Positions 1 through 12,528 of a stretch of DNA of 64,000 nucleotides are shown here, piece by piece; within the stretch, counting starts at the first letter, position 1, and every line of letters starts with the position of its first letter. Origin of the DNA: Azolla caroliniana (taxonomy: Eukaryota; Plantae; Polypodiophyta); the NCBI GenBank assembly GCA_043228905.1, contig JBHGNT010000022.1, positions 11,966,001-12,030,000 of the forward strand, written 5' to 3'. Made by a program: the position numbers and the translations under genes. The notes under the pieces are model-generated. The model worked only from the letters and a program-made list of their open reading frames with translations, was not told the DNA's origin and ran no database searches.

Positions 1-361
1 GATTTGAACTCTTGACCTCTTGTATTATTGTCAAGTGTTATATTGTAACCAACACATCCAAGTACATAATCGTGTTACACATTCTAAGAGTTTTTAGAAA
101 GTTCTAGAACTAGAAGGTTCTAGAGGGTTCTAGAATATTCTCCAAAATATTCTCAAGAATATTCTAATGCATGTACTTCAACTCACAATATAAATACTTG
201 TAACCTCCACACTAGTTATTCTTGTTCCATTCCATCTTGTCTCATTCTTCATCTCTGTCTTCATGCTCTCATGTTCTTCATTTAATATCGGTTGTAGCCT
301 TATCACTCATAGTCTCATCATCTGTGTTTCGTCTTAGTCCGCGCTTGGTGTGTTTGTGATA
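1..361 (+). mobile_element. LTR/TRIM-like terminal repeat, cut by the window edge; same family as the solo LTR at 2969-3395
   Basis: Start (gatttgaactcttgac) and end (gtcttagtccgcgcttggtgtgtttgtgata) match 2976-2990 and 3365-3395. Contains a TATAAATA box and GAAnnTTC arrays. Confidence 0.65.
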
Positions 362-999
362 GTACGTGTGAAATTGAGTAGCGACTCTTGATGTTCAAGA
401 ACTTTGCCAATGAATGTTGCAATTGAGAGTGCACATTGTAGTTGTGAAAGAAATTCGTGCAAGGATTGGGTTTGGGGGATTTTATGGCCGAATCTCAATA
501 TCATGGTGAACCATCCATGGAAAATTATGCCAAAGGGGAAAATAAAGAAGATTTTGAGAAGAATAAATTGTCATCTCAACAGTTGATATGGTCGTGGATA
601 AAGCAACATCTCATGGGTTAGAGTGAGATTCTAAAGTTCATGGTAATGTCAGATGAGTACGTACTAATAAAGATATAGATGTTGAAGATGAAGAGTGGCA
701 TCGAGTGAAGTATAAGATAGAAGGGAAGGGTGTTGCCATCCAAAGAGACACAAAAAGTACTAATGGTGAGGCAATATCAATAGATAAATCGAGAATGGAT
801 GAGGGCTTTAAGAAAAATCCTTGGTAGAAACAATATAAAATTAGAGATTGTCTAACCAGTTACAATTTGATTCTTCAGAAAGGGTGGTGCAACCTCAATT
901 CCAAGGACTTCGTACTTGTGCGGCTAGACAACAAAATTCTATAATTGGTGGAGGGGATGTAGTACACACAAATCCTTATGCAACTCTTGAACAAATAGT

Positions 1000-1990
1000 T
1001 AGCACATTTATGAATACACTTTCTCATAAAGAGCAAATTCTTACTAAAGCTGTTTAATGAAAGTGAGGGACACCTTCTCATAAGAAATATATCTTATGGA
1101 AAATTTTATTTGATAAAGAATGGGATGTTTTATGTGTAGTTAAACATAGGTGTCAGATTTAGCATGATCTCTATTACATATGCGTGGATATTCCAGATAT
1201 TATATAGGTCAGTCATCACATCAATATTCAAGTGTAGTCATGATTGTTCATGAATTGTTTTGTCCACATATAGTCTATAATGATCTTGGATATGGACATT
1301 TTTTGGTGATGGAAGTTAGGTATTTTAAGGTTTTGGTATGGTTGGTAGGAATTTATGCACCCAACAATGCTAATCAACACAGTGAGTTGTGGTCTTCTAT
1401 GTATCCAAGGTTATCAATGGGTCGTGTTGGTTTGTTAATGGTAAATTTAATATGTGTCTTGATGCATCACAATGTACTTCATAATTCTCATTGATGGATT
1501 CTCTTGATCAATTTGAGACAAATTGACATCAACGGTTTTGAAGTCAAATGTATGTAAATGGTTGCATCAAGATGAGGTTGAGTTTACATTTTAGTCTATG
1601 AAATATAAGGAAACATGGAGTAGGTTGGATAGAATGTATGTTACATGCATGATAAGCCCTTTTTGCCAAAGATGCTTAATATGTCAATTGTGCAAGAGGT
1701 TGTGACTTCGGATCATTTTCCCATATGTTTGAGTTTAATAAACCTAGGTAGATATGTACGAAACATTGCTTGATCGAGTTCCTTTGAGGTTTAATTCATC
1801 TTTATTATTTCATTCCATATTTGATGACTATATGTAACACATTTTTGGCATGTTTTCAAAATAGATTAATTCAAAAGGATGACATGCATGGGATACAACA
1901 TTACAAAACATTAATGATATTCACCGTATGTATGGTATTCACCATATATATGGTATGACTAATGCTAGAGAGAGAGTCAAGAAGGCACAC
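1000..1990 (+). mobile_element. Degenerate LINE ORF2 remnant (AP endonuclease region)
   Basis: Broken frames give the EEP-type motifs LVGIYAPN (ORF 1180-1494), RLDRMYV (~1622) and SDHFPI (~1708). Many stops and frameshifts. Boundaries approximate. Confidence 0.6.
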
Positions 1991-2968
1991 AAAAAAGTAA
2001 CTGTCTATTATAAACCTTGGCTTAAACTACTTATAAAGTTTAAATATTCATTTTCATGTGAAACGCCCACAAAAATTATACACTTCAAATGACATGCCAA
2101 AATTTTATTTTCCATGTCATATATATTATATGTATATATGTCACATATTATTATATAAATATATATACGTACTATGTACTACCTCGTCACTATTTGGGGG
2201 AGAAACATTAAATAGGTGAAGCCCGTGAATCTAGAGCTTGGATGGCCCTAAACTAGTCTCGGACATCGTAGATGATCGGAGCCGTCCAATATTTTAGATG
2301 CAGGGAAAAACAAAAAGAAGATAGATAAAGTAAAAAATAGAAAAAAAGGAGAGGGAGAGAGAATGTAACTTTTGGAGGGAAATTTTGAATCTTTTCTCTC
2401 TCTCTCTTTCCTCTCTACGTCCTCTCTTCTGCACGTTTTCTCTCTCCGTTTTATCTCTGCATGCTCTCTCGCTCTCTCTGTCTCTTGTGGGTAAAAAACT
2501 AGGTAAGATCTTTTATTTATTTATCGCCATGTTTATCTTGTGCCACTTTTATATGTTTGTATCCCAGACATGTTGTTTTTGTTCCATTTTTAGGGTGAGG
2601 TTTCTCTTAAGCATCTTGTTCACTTAGTCTAATGTTCTTATCAACATTGTGCAAGGTTAGCTCTTAACTCTTGTGGAGTATTTTGTTCTCCTATATCGTG
2701 CTCTTCTTCCGGAATATGGGAGTCATTTCTCATCATTGACAACTAATCTATATCTGACATTTAAGGTGACATATGTATTGGAAAAGGTATAATTTCTTGT
2801 GGGTGGAACAACAACAAAGGATGTGACTTTCTAAAGTGCTCACAAGTGGGTAAAAAACCAGGTATTTGGTATTTTTATCTTTGCCTTTTGGTATAGCCAT
2901 AGCCATAGCTATATATTTGTTTTTAGATACAAAGATCAAACACTTGGAATAAAAGATTTGAAGCTTAG

Positions 2969-3395
2969 TGTCAAGATTCGAACTCTTGACATAACCATGT
3001 GGTAATCGAGTGTTATGTGTTAACCACATATCTAGCATATAATCATGTAAATACTTCCTCATTTTAGGTTTTAGCTAGCATCATGTGCATAATTCCTCCC
3101 TTGTATTATTTACACTTGGCACATGTATGCGTACCTACTGCCTACATGCTCTATTGTATCACATGAGTGCAACATGTACGCATGCCAGTTAGTATAAATA
3201 GTTGAGTTCACCTTGAAGGAATTCAAGGTGAACAACGCCAGTCATGGACATATCAATCTAGTATTCTCGTTTCGCCCAATCTTGTCTCCTTAATCATCAT
3301 CTCTATCTTTATGCTCTTGTGTCATTCCATCATCGCTCCGTCGTAACCTCATCATCCGTGCTCCGTCTTAGTCCGCGCTTGGTGTGTCCGTGACA
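2969..3395 (+). mobile_element. Solo LTR (427 bp) with 5-bp TSD CTTAG
   Basis: Termini TGTCA...TGACA, with cttag at 2964-2968 and 3396-3400 and an internal TATAAATA. Confidence 0.85.
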
Positions 3396-4136
3396 CTTAG
3401 ATTACATATCTAAGTAGATCTATAGAATGAGTTATCTCTTTATCACCTAGATGACATGTTTGGTGGATTTACAATCCCTTTTAGGAACTTGTTGAAACTG
3501 ACACATGTGATCCCATACATGAATGTTGGGTTGATGATTTTTTCCTCTTGTCTATAATTGTAGGATTAAATTAACCACGGTGTTTCCAATAGGAAATTGA
3601 CCCTTCATCATATCTGTCGAGTCCACCTCTACATCTCAAGTAAGTTCTCCGCCCAACTTTAAATTTCTAAGTTGAAGTGTGGACTATCATTCTAAGTTGA
3701 AGGTATGACTATCATCTCATGTTTTGCAAGGTATGACTATCATTCTAAGTTGAAGTGTGGTTTTTTACCCACTTTCGAGCTCTTCAGAAAGTCGCATCCT
3801 TTGTTGTTGTTCCACCCACGAGAAATTATACCTTTTCCAATACATATGTCACTTTAAATGTTAGATATAGACCAGTTGTCAATGATGAGAAAAGACTCCC
3901 ATATTCCGGAAGAAGAGCACGATATAGGAGAACAAAATACTCCACAAGAGTTAAGAGTTTACCCTGCACAAGGTTAATAAGAACATTAGACTAAGTGAAC
4001 AAGATGCTTAAGAGAAACCTCACCCTAAAAATGGAACAAAAACAACATGTCTGGGATACAAACATATAAGTGGCACAAGATAAACATGGCGATAAATAAA
4101 TAAAAGATCTTACCTGGTTTTTTACCCATGAGAGAC

Positions 4137-4137
4137 A

Positions 4138-4190
<53 letters not shown>
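4137..4190. repeat. (GA)n microsatellite inside the right TIR
   Basis: Pure GA run, whereas the left arm has a degenerate CT tract at the matching position. Confidence 0.9.
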
Positions 4191-4194
<4 letters not shown>

Positions 4195-4953
4195 CAAAAT
4201 TTCCCTCTAGAAGTTACATTCTCTCTCCCTCTCTCTCTCTCCTTTTTTTCTATTTTTTACTTTATCTATCTTCTTTTTGTTTTTCTCTACATCTAAAATA
4301 TTGGACGGATCCGATCGTCTACGATTTCCGAGAAGAGTTGAGGGCCGTCCAAGCCCTAGATTCACGGGCTTCACCTATTTAATGTTTCTCCCCCAAATAG
4401 TGACGAGGTGTACATAGTACTATGTACTATTAATTGTGTGTAATGATATATGTTTTTATATTATTATTTTTTTTCCCAAAAAATATATGTTTTTCAGAAC
4501 AAGTTTAAAATAATATCATCATCATGTAATAATAATATATATTCTCAAATCTTTATTTTGTACTAATAATATTAGTTTAAATTTTAAACAATAATCTTTA
4601 TTAAATACTTTAAGAGTGTAAACTCTAGGTTTCATTTTAATGTTTACGTTTTAAGTTAAAACTATTTTTTTTATTAACCTTTGTTTTCATACTTCTTAGT
4701 AAAAACATTAACAAGATATTTATTTTATGTATTTCATTATCATCTTTGTGAGGTAGTTATGCTAAATTGTGTACCTTTTATAGTAATGACATGTATAACA
4801 ATGTAGCATTACATAGACTCTAGACCTTTTCCTTTTTAAAATTTGTATGTCAAATGACATGTAGTTTTTGCAATTTTATGTCATATGACATACATCTTTA
4901 AAAAATGCCCGTAAAAACACTTTGATACTAACCCGTCAAATCTAGGCCCTAAC

Positions 4954-7535
4954 TCCATACCTTCCTTTTTTATGTATAGCCTTAAATTCCAATCAATGTG
5001 CCTTTTTAGTATAGCCTTCTTTCTATATCCTTCCAAACACAACGTGCCAATGATTGTATGTACCATCAAACTATGTGATCAAGTATTCACGAATCATAAG
5101 AAGAAGACAAAACCCTATATGGACACGTGTATATTCTACATATCTATCTATATGTATATAATATAGAATCTTCCCACTTTATATAATTGGAGACACATCC
5201 CACACCTATATACTAACTAATGCCATAATTGTAATGTGTGATATCATATATTCATGTGTGTGTGTGTGTGTGTGTGTGTTGGTTGTCGCATGTCAGCAAC
5301 TCATATTTAGCGTGATAGATTGACATATTCGCATTTGTGGGGTTTCCCATTTGAATGCAAACGAATATGCATACAAATGCATGGTCAAGTATTCGTTGAA
5401 CCCAACAACAAAAAAACTTCATTATTTAGTTTCTTAGGATAAAAAAAAAGGGACTTGACAATAAAAAGGGACATTAAAAGAGGAACTTTTTTATAATAAA
5501 CGTAAAAGTATTTGTTTTATTTTTAATAAATAAATAAAATAAAATAAAGGGTCATTAACTCCTCACTTTTTATTCTCTCAAAATTTATGGATATTTTATT
5601 TTTATCTTGTCATTAAAAATTGGACTTTACACTAATCATATTTCTATAATAAATATAAAAATATTCGATTTTTTTAAAATGAATTATTTAAACTAAAGGT
5701 TCATAAACACTCCCCTTTTTTATTTGACACTGTAAAGGAGAGTTAACACTAATCATATTTTTATAATTTATTAATGAATGACGGTTCTCTTTTTAGTGAA
5801 TTAAATTTATTTTAAATAAATAAATATTTGGTATATTAATGTTGCAAAACGAATGGTTTTATAATATTCTTGGGGCCATTTCGTATTCTCAAATATTAAG
5901 AATATCACACATTAAGAATATAGAGAATATTGTGCATGTGTCAATCTATGTGTGGCGTACATCCACATGTGAAAACGAGACATCATGCATATTGAAACTC
6001 ATACATGATGCAAACTTCAAATAATGATTATAGATGTGATGCCATATTCTTGGCTATGGAGTCCTCTTTTCATTATAGATATCCCATGTGAAAAGACCAA
6101 TATCTCATGCTTGTGCCACTACCCACCATATTGATGGAGAAGCTACTAATGTCAAATAAATAAATAGATAAAAGTATGCTCAACGTAAACCATTCACACC
6201 CATTAGCAATGTGAATTAATATGTTACTTGAAAATAAATCTGAGAGAGGTGGTGCACATTTTGAACCTTCACAATGATGGAGAAGCATGAAATCACATGA
6301 TCAAGTATAAAAAACCGAGATTATAATTGGGCAAAACAATAAGATCATCTATGTAGTGAAGATGAAATGTTGTGATAGAAGTTGATGGAGAGCCTTTCCT
6401 AAACCAAAAATTGGGAACTCATGAACAAGCATGCAACACAAACTATGGCACTAGTGACACTAAAAATTACGTCTAGTTGTATAGTAGAGCATATACTGTC
6501 ATGAAGATTTCACCTTAGGGAAGATAGTGACATATTCGGAGCTTGGTTTTGACCTCCAAGCGAAAAGTTGTGAGATCATATGTTAATTTCGGACAGCAAG
6601 AATTGAACATGCTACATTGACCAAAGTACACATCCATCCACCAGAGGACATTCAAAAGGGGGAGGTTATAAACATAAATCTCGGAAATTTCAACCCCTCT
6701 CAAGAAGAGAGGGAAACTTTAAAAATTTCAAAAACTACAATCCCCCTGAAAGGGGGAGGGCTACTTCGAAACTCTACCCATGAGTCATGACCAGTGTTGA
6801 GTAAAGTTTTTAATCCGTATCACAAATTTTCCTACTTTTGATTAACCTAACTATATTTTAAAAAATTTAATTGGCCATTTTTCTATCAATGTTCATGTCA
6901 TTTGGAACTTCTTGAATTTTTTTAAAAAAATCATCACATACCAAATTCTATAGCATGAACATTCAATACAAATTTTACAATAGATATAATATTGAGAACA
7001 TTGGTAACTAAGTAAACCATTGACAAAATTTTACTATACAATATTGAAACATCACATACTGATACCATATTGAAACAAAAATACTAGATTGACCAATAGA
7101 TATAATGAACATCAAATGCCATATTGAGACACAAATACCATGTTAAAATATGGCATGTCATATTGAAACATCACATACCAAAATCGTAGAACATTTATAT
7201 CTAATTATCTTAGCAAGAGAGAACCAAGTCATTCATTGCATGGGGAGATTCCAAAACATATTAGATAAAATTTCCAAAATTTCGATCTACATCTTTTATG
7301 AAGTTCACAATGTCATCATCATCATCAGAAGTTATTGTGGAAATATGACAACATGCTTTGCTTCACCACAACAAAATTTAGGTACTGAAGTCATGTTCTT
7401 CTAGATTAGGTCCTTCGATAGATATTTATATCAATGTATCTACCACATTGCTTTTTAGTCTATTTCTAAACCTATTCTTTGCTAGATTTAAGCCACTAAA
7501 TCCTCTCTCACATGGTAATATAGAAGAGTATCGAA
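4954..7535. repeat. Older diverged direct-repeat copy of 8088-10340 (probably a decayed TE)
   Basis: Collinear blocks: tgtatagcc..attccaatcaatgtg (4972/8103), catgaagatttcacc (6500/9364), aaatcctct..cacatg (7498/10307). Differs by many substitutions and large indels. Confidence 0.75.
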
Positions 7536-10500
7536 TTAACCCTATCAATGAAAGATTTAAAACCGTGGATAACTTTTCTTTTCACACATAAATACAATTT
7601 ATCATATACCCAAACATCTAAAAAATCTCTTCCTAGCCATTCTCTGGTAGCTTTCTTTCCTTTGTTGTGTTCGTCAAAATTTTCATTCTTCGCCATCTTT
7701 GTCGAAATTTTCGTTGTCTTCTCTTCCCAATTTCAGAATTTGAAGCCAAAAAAATCTTTGTTTTCCTTGTTTGTCCACGGAATTTTTTAACATGGATTTG
7801 CAAGAGATATTTAAAAGTATATATATTAAAAATTATAAATGATAGTAAATTCTTGAGAATGAGTGTTGGTGTAGGGTCATGGAGATAGAGAGAACGAAAG
7901 CATTTTGCTTTGATGGATATGGTTTTGTTGGTGTTGGTGTAGGGTTATGGAGATAAAGAGAACAAGAGCTACTTGCTTTGATGGATATAGTTGTTTAGGG
8001 TTTATATGATTATGGATATGTATAGATCTCAAGACTAGAGCCGTTACTGATTACTCTATTTCCAATTATTTTTAAAAGACTCCAGAGTCCATACCCTTTT
8101 TTTGTATAGCCTTTAATTCCAATCAATGTGTGAATTTCTTGTATAACACGTGCCAATGAATGTATGTACCATCAAACCATGTGATCTAGTATTCATCGAG
8201 TATATAATATAGAATCTTCCCACTTTATATAATTGGAATCTCATTCCACACCTATATATTAATTAATGCCATAGTTGTATATTGTAATGTTTGATTTCAT
8301 ATTTCATGTGGGTGTGAGTGCATTGGTTGTCGTATGCGAGCAACTCGTATTTAGCATACACCCACATGTGAAAAACGAGACATCATGCCTATTGAAACTC
8401 ATATATGATTAATGATCATAGATGTGATACCATATTCGTGGGCCATGGCTATGGAGTCCTCTTTTCATTATAGATATCCCATGTGAAAAGACCAATATCT
8501 CATGTTGTGCCACCAAATTGATGGAGAAGCTACTAATGTCAAATAAATAAATAGATAAAAGTATGCACAACGTAAACCATTCACAACCAATTGTGTTGTT
8601 GATTAATATGTCACTTGGAAATAAATCCCGTTGGTGCATATTATGAACCTTCACAATGATGGAGAAGCATGAAAAACTTGGAACATTAAATCACATGATC
8701 AAGTAGAAAAGACTGAGAATATAATTGGCCAAACAATAAGATCATCTTGATAGTGAAGATGCAATGTTGTGATAAAAGTCGATTGGCGAGCCTTTCCGAA
8801 ACTAAGAATTTGGAACACATGTACAACAAACATGTAACACAGAACCATGCCACTGGTGACATTAAAAATTATGTTTAGGTGTACAACAGAGCATGGAGCC
8901 AAATTTGCGTAGAACATACAAACAACGATACAACAAAATATTCAAGCCAATTCCCATTTTTATTTTTTAGGTTGTCAATATCATTTAAAAATCCCCGTCA
9001 TGCATAAATGCTACACTGAGCATTGTCATAATGTGAAGAGCTTACACGTAGAAATGGGTTAAACGAAAATTTCATCTCCTTAATCCTTACCAACAATCCT
9101 TTTAAACCACTCCAAGTAATAGAGTAGAAAATTATCTCACATGTATCTGAATTGCCCTTTCATTACTTGAAACTAATGTTCCTTTCCGTCATTCATTAAC
9201 AATTGTTTTCAATTATTGACTATCTGACTCGCAATCAAACATGGATCACTACCCATTTTTTTGCTCTAAAATCTGAGCTTGGAGCGCAATTTAAAACAAA
9301 TTTGGAGCAATTTCATCAAACAACTGAATCTGGATTACTATGCTAGGAAATTCATTGCATGGACATGAAGATTTCACCTCAAGAAAGACAGCAAGATTTT
9401 CGGAGCTTGATTCTGACCTCCAAGCAGAAAGTTGCAAGATCATATGTTAATTTTAGATAGTGGGAGTTGAACATGCTACATCGACCGAACATCCATCAAC
9501 TTGAGGACATCCGAAGGGGGGAGGTTATAAACATAAATCTCGGGAATTTCAATGCCCCTCAAGGAGGGAGGAGATAAATTTAAATTTTCAAAAACTTGAA
9601 TCCCGTGAAGGAGGGAGGGCTACGTCTAAACTCTACCCATGACCACTGTTGAGTAAAGTTTTTAATCGCTACCACAAATTTTCCTAGTTCTAATTAACCT
9701 AACCAGATTTTAAAAGTTTTAATTGGCCATTTTTCTACTAGTGTTCATGTCATCCGAAACTTCTTGAATTTTTTTAAATATCATCACATACCAAATCGTA
9801 AAGCATAAACATTAGTAAAAAAAAGTCACAATCGGTAACTAAGTATGAAAATATTGAGAACATTGGTAACTAAGTAAACCATTGAGAAAAAATTACTATA
9901 CAATATTGAAACATCACATTCCATATTGAAACAAAAATACTTGATGGAACATTACATATCATAACATCAAATGCCATATTGAAACATCACATACCAAAAT
10001 CGTAGAACATTTATATCTAATTCTCTTAGCAAGAAAGAGTAACAAGTCATTCATGGCATGGGGAAATTCCAAACATATTCGAGCAAATTTACAAAATTTT
10101 GATCTATATCTTCTATGAAGTTCTCAATGTCATCATCACCCTAAGAAGTTCTTGTCAAAATATGACGATATGCCTTGCTTCGCCGCAACAAAATTTAGGC
10201 ACCGAAGTCATGTTCTTCTAGATCAAGTCCTTCAATAGATATTCCTATCAATGCATCTACCACGTTTATTTTTACGAAATCCATGCTTTATTAGATGTAG
10301 GCAACTAAATCCTCTTTCACATGTTACCATAGAAGAGCATGTAATCGAACGGAACCTAAACGGTTTCTCCCTTTCCATGTGGGTGTGCAGACACGAGTTG
10401 CTCACATGAGACAACATACAAAACGAGATGAAATATGATATAAGAAATTATAGACATGGCATGTATTGTTTATATGATATAAGAAATTATAGACATGGCA

Positions 10501-11073
10501 TGTATTGTTTAATTTCTATAAGTGTGTAAGGCCTTTCAAAATATTATTAAACAAGGGAAAATTATACATGTGTTGTATATAAAAGTGGCAAGATTATATA
10601 GATATATATCTATACATACTGGCATACATGTGCTTGTTTAGGGATTCGTCTTTTAATTATTCATGAAATACTTTGTAACGTGGTTTCATATGATACTTTC
10701 TAATGGAGAATCGTGTTTCAAAAATCATTAAGCACTTTAAAGTTGTTAACTTCTCAAATTTGTATGTTTACGATTGTGGGAAATGGGCCAAATACATAAG
10801 ACATGAGGTATGCAAATACACAACGTGCAAGTGGAAATATGTACATATTATGGAGGCATTTCCAAGCACGAGACTTGAAAGCTACAAAGACGTGTGGAAC
10901 TTTTTGGACATGAGTACCTTATTTGGTATGATTATAAAAGGACTCTTGAAGTGTGATCTATGCATAACTCAATATATATCTCAAAACCACCAACACAACC
11001 ATATCATCAAACCTCTCACCATATACATATCAATAATATAGCCATTTGACATCAACCTTACGGTATATACTCA

Positions 11074-12528
11074 ATGGTGATCCTCAATGGGAATAATAGT
11101 CTTGCGAATCTCGAGTCCGTGAGGCCGGGCTCCGTGATGTCACTACAAGGGTTAAATATAGGCTTTGTGAAACTGGCCTCCAAGTGGGCCCAAGATTCCC
11201 ATTTCACATTATCATCGCGCTCGATGCATACCTCCTCTCGAATCAACTCTCGGCCATGCCCACACCGAGCTACAAGCCTAAATTTGTTGCCATTGCGGTG
11301 CTCAATGGGGGCAGCCTCTGAATTGCACCCAGACCATGCCCATGTGAGTGTGGAGCACGATACTTGGACACAAGTTTCCAGTTTCACATCGCCGTGTATC
11401 AAGTTCTTGCAAACCGAATGTGACTCACGGATCCCAACTTGTGGTTCCGGTTTCATCTTGCCACCAATCCGATGCTCGTTCCCCACCAAATTGCACCCGC
11501 AATGCGAGACTATAAGGATGGTGTGCGAGCCATGGATCCTTAACTTGGCTCGCCCCGGTTCCGAGCAGCTCATCCTCGATTGTCTCATCCCCCGCTATGT
11601 GTGCCGCCTTTTCCCGGAAGCAACCGACCTCCGAGATCTTGAAACCATCACCAATTTCATTGCTTGGTTGTTCTTGTCGGACGACATAGAAGACACTGGC
11701 CCTTTGTTACTCGGTACCGAAGGTCGTGGTTTCATGGGGTCTCATGATCATGGTCCTCCATCTACCACCAATGTTTGGGCACAATCGGTTCTTTCTAAAC
11801 TCCGCGACCCACAATCTCCTATCAATGTCGTCCTTTTCGACAATTCGAGTGACTGCCGTGCCCAGAGCTTAATCATGTTAGATGCATTGGGGGAACTATG
11901 GGGGAAGATGTCATCTCGGCTCGTCCCACAAGCGCGGTCGCGCTTCATATCGGTCATGCAAGATCATCTTCATGCCGTCTGCCTTCAGCCCACAAGCAAA
12001 CGAGCATTTTGGCGGCACGAGGAGGGAGGCGATATGAACAAGAACGTAGAGGAATATAGGGCTATTCGCCGGCATTCCTCGGGCTTCCTTGTCGGTTTCG
12101 AGCTAGTCCTCTACGTGTTAGGCCTAGATGAGGATCCCATCCATCTCCACCCACTCGTAGAGGAGTTCCGGGACCTCGTCTTAGACTACATATGGATGTG
12201 CAACGACATCGTGTCGTGCCACATGGAGGCTTCCCTCGGTTACAATTTCAACCTTCCGTGGGTCGTGTATGAGAGTGGTGCATTCGGGTCCTTCCAGGAC
12301 TCGGTGGAAGTTGTGGTGGGTATGATGAATAGTGTGGATGCTCGGTGTGCACAAGTAGTTGATGCCATCCAACGGAATGAGGAGTTGATACGAAAGGAGC
12401 CGAAGCTCAATGCTTACTTGGCGACCATGGTGTCGTGGATGTCCGGCACGCTTTGTTGGTCCTTTGAAACCTATCGTTATGGCCTCAAACACGACAATGA
12501 GCATCACAAGCATACAATATCTTGTTGA
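11074..12528 (+). CDS. Microbial terpene synthase-like protein (MTPSL, class I terpene cyclase), copy 1, intronless, probable N-terminal plastid transit peptide
   Basis: DDxxD motif (LSDDIED, 11680-11694), Arg sensor region (YRAIRRHSSG), NSE motif (NDIVSCHME, 12202-12228) and WxxxxxRY (WSFETYRY, 12457-12480). Ser/Arg-rich N-terminal extension. Confidence 0.9.
   Translation: MVILNGNNSLANLESVRPGSVMSLQGLNIGFVKLASKWAQDSHFTLSSRSMHTSSRINSRPCPHRATSLNLLPLRCSMGAASELHPDHAHVSVEHDTWTQVSSFTSPCIKFLQTECDSRIPTCGSGFILPPIRCSFPTKLHPQCETIRMVCEPWILNLARPGSEQLILDCLIPRYVCRLFPEATDLRDLETITNFIAWLFLSDDIEDTGPLLLGTEGRGFMGSHDHGPPSTTNVWAQSVLSKLRDPQSPINVVLFDNSSDCRAQSLIMLDALGELWGKMSSRLVPQARSRFISVMQDHLHAVCLQPTSKRAFWRHEEGGDMNKNVEEYRAIRRHSSGFLVGFELVLYVLGLDEDPIHLHPLVEEFRDLVLDYIWMCNDIVSCHMEASLGYNFNLPWVVYESGAFGSFQDSVEVVVGMMNSVDARCAQVVDAIQRNEELIRKEPKLNAYLATMVSWMSGTLCWSFETYRYGLKHDNEHHKHTISC

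Larger units (their letters stand above)
2180..4410. mobile_element. Non-autonomous foldback DNA element with ~650-680 bp terminal inverted repeats
   Basis: 2180-2860 is the reverse complement of 3758-4410 (acctcgtcactatttgggggagaaacatt... / ...aatgtttctcccccaaatagtgacgaggt). The mirror ORFs 2385+ and 4197- share CCFCSIFRVRFLLSILFT. No transposase in the spacer. Confidence 0.85.

Noticed and set aside
10703-11041. 112-aa ORF upstream of each MTPSL copy
   Set aside because: AT-rich promoter sequence with no recognisable domain; repeated only because of the duplication.
11074-12528. Bacterial or fungal contaminant origin of the terpene synthase
   Set aside because: It is contiguous with plant TEs and spliced plant genes, has a transit-peptide-like extension, and has a decayed local paralogue.
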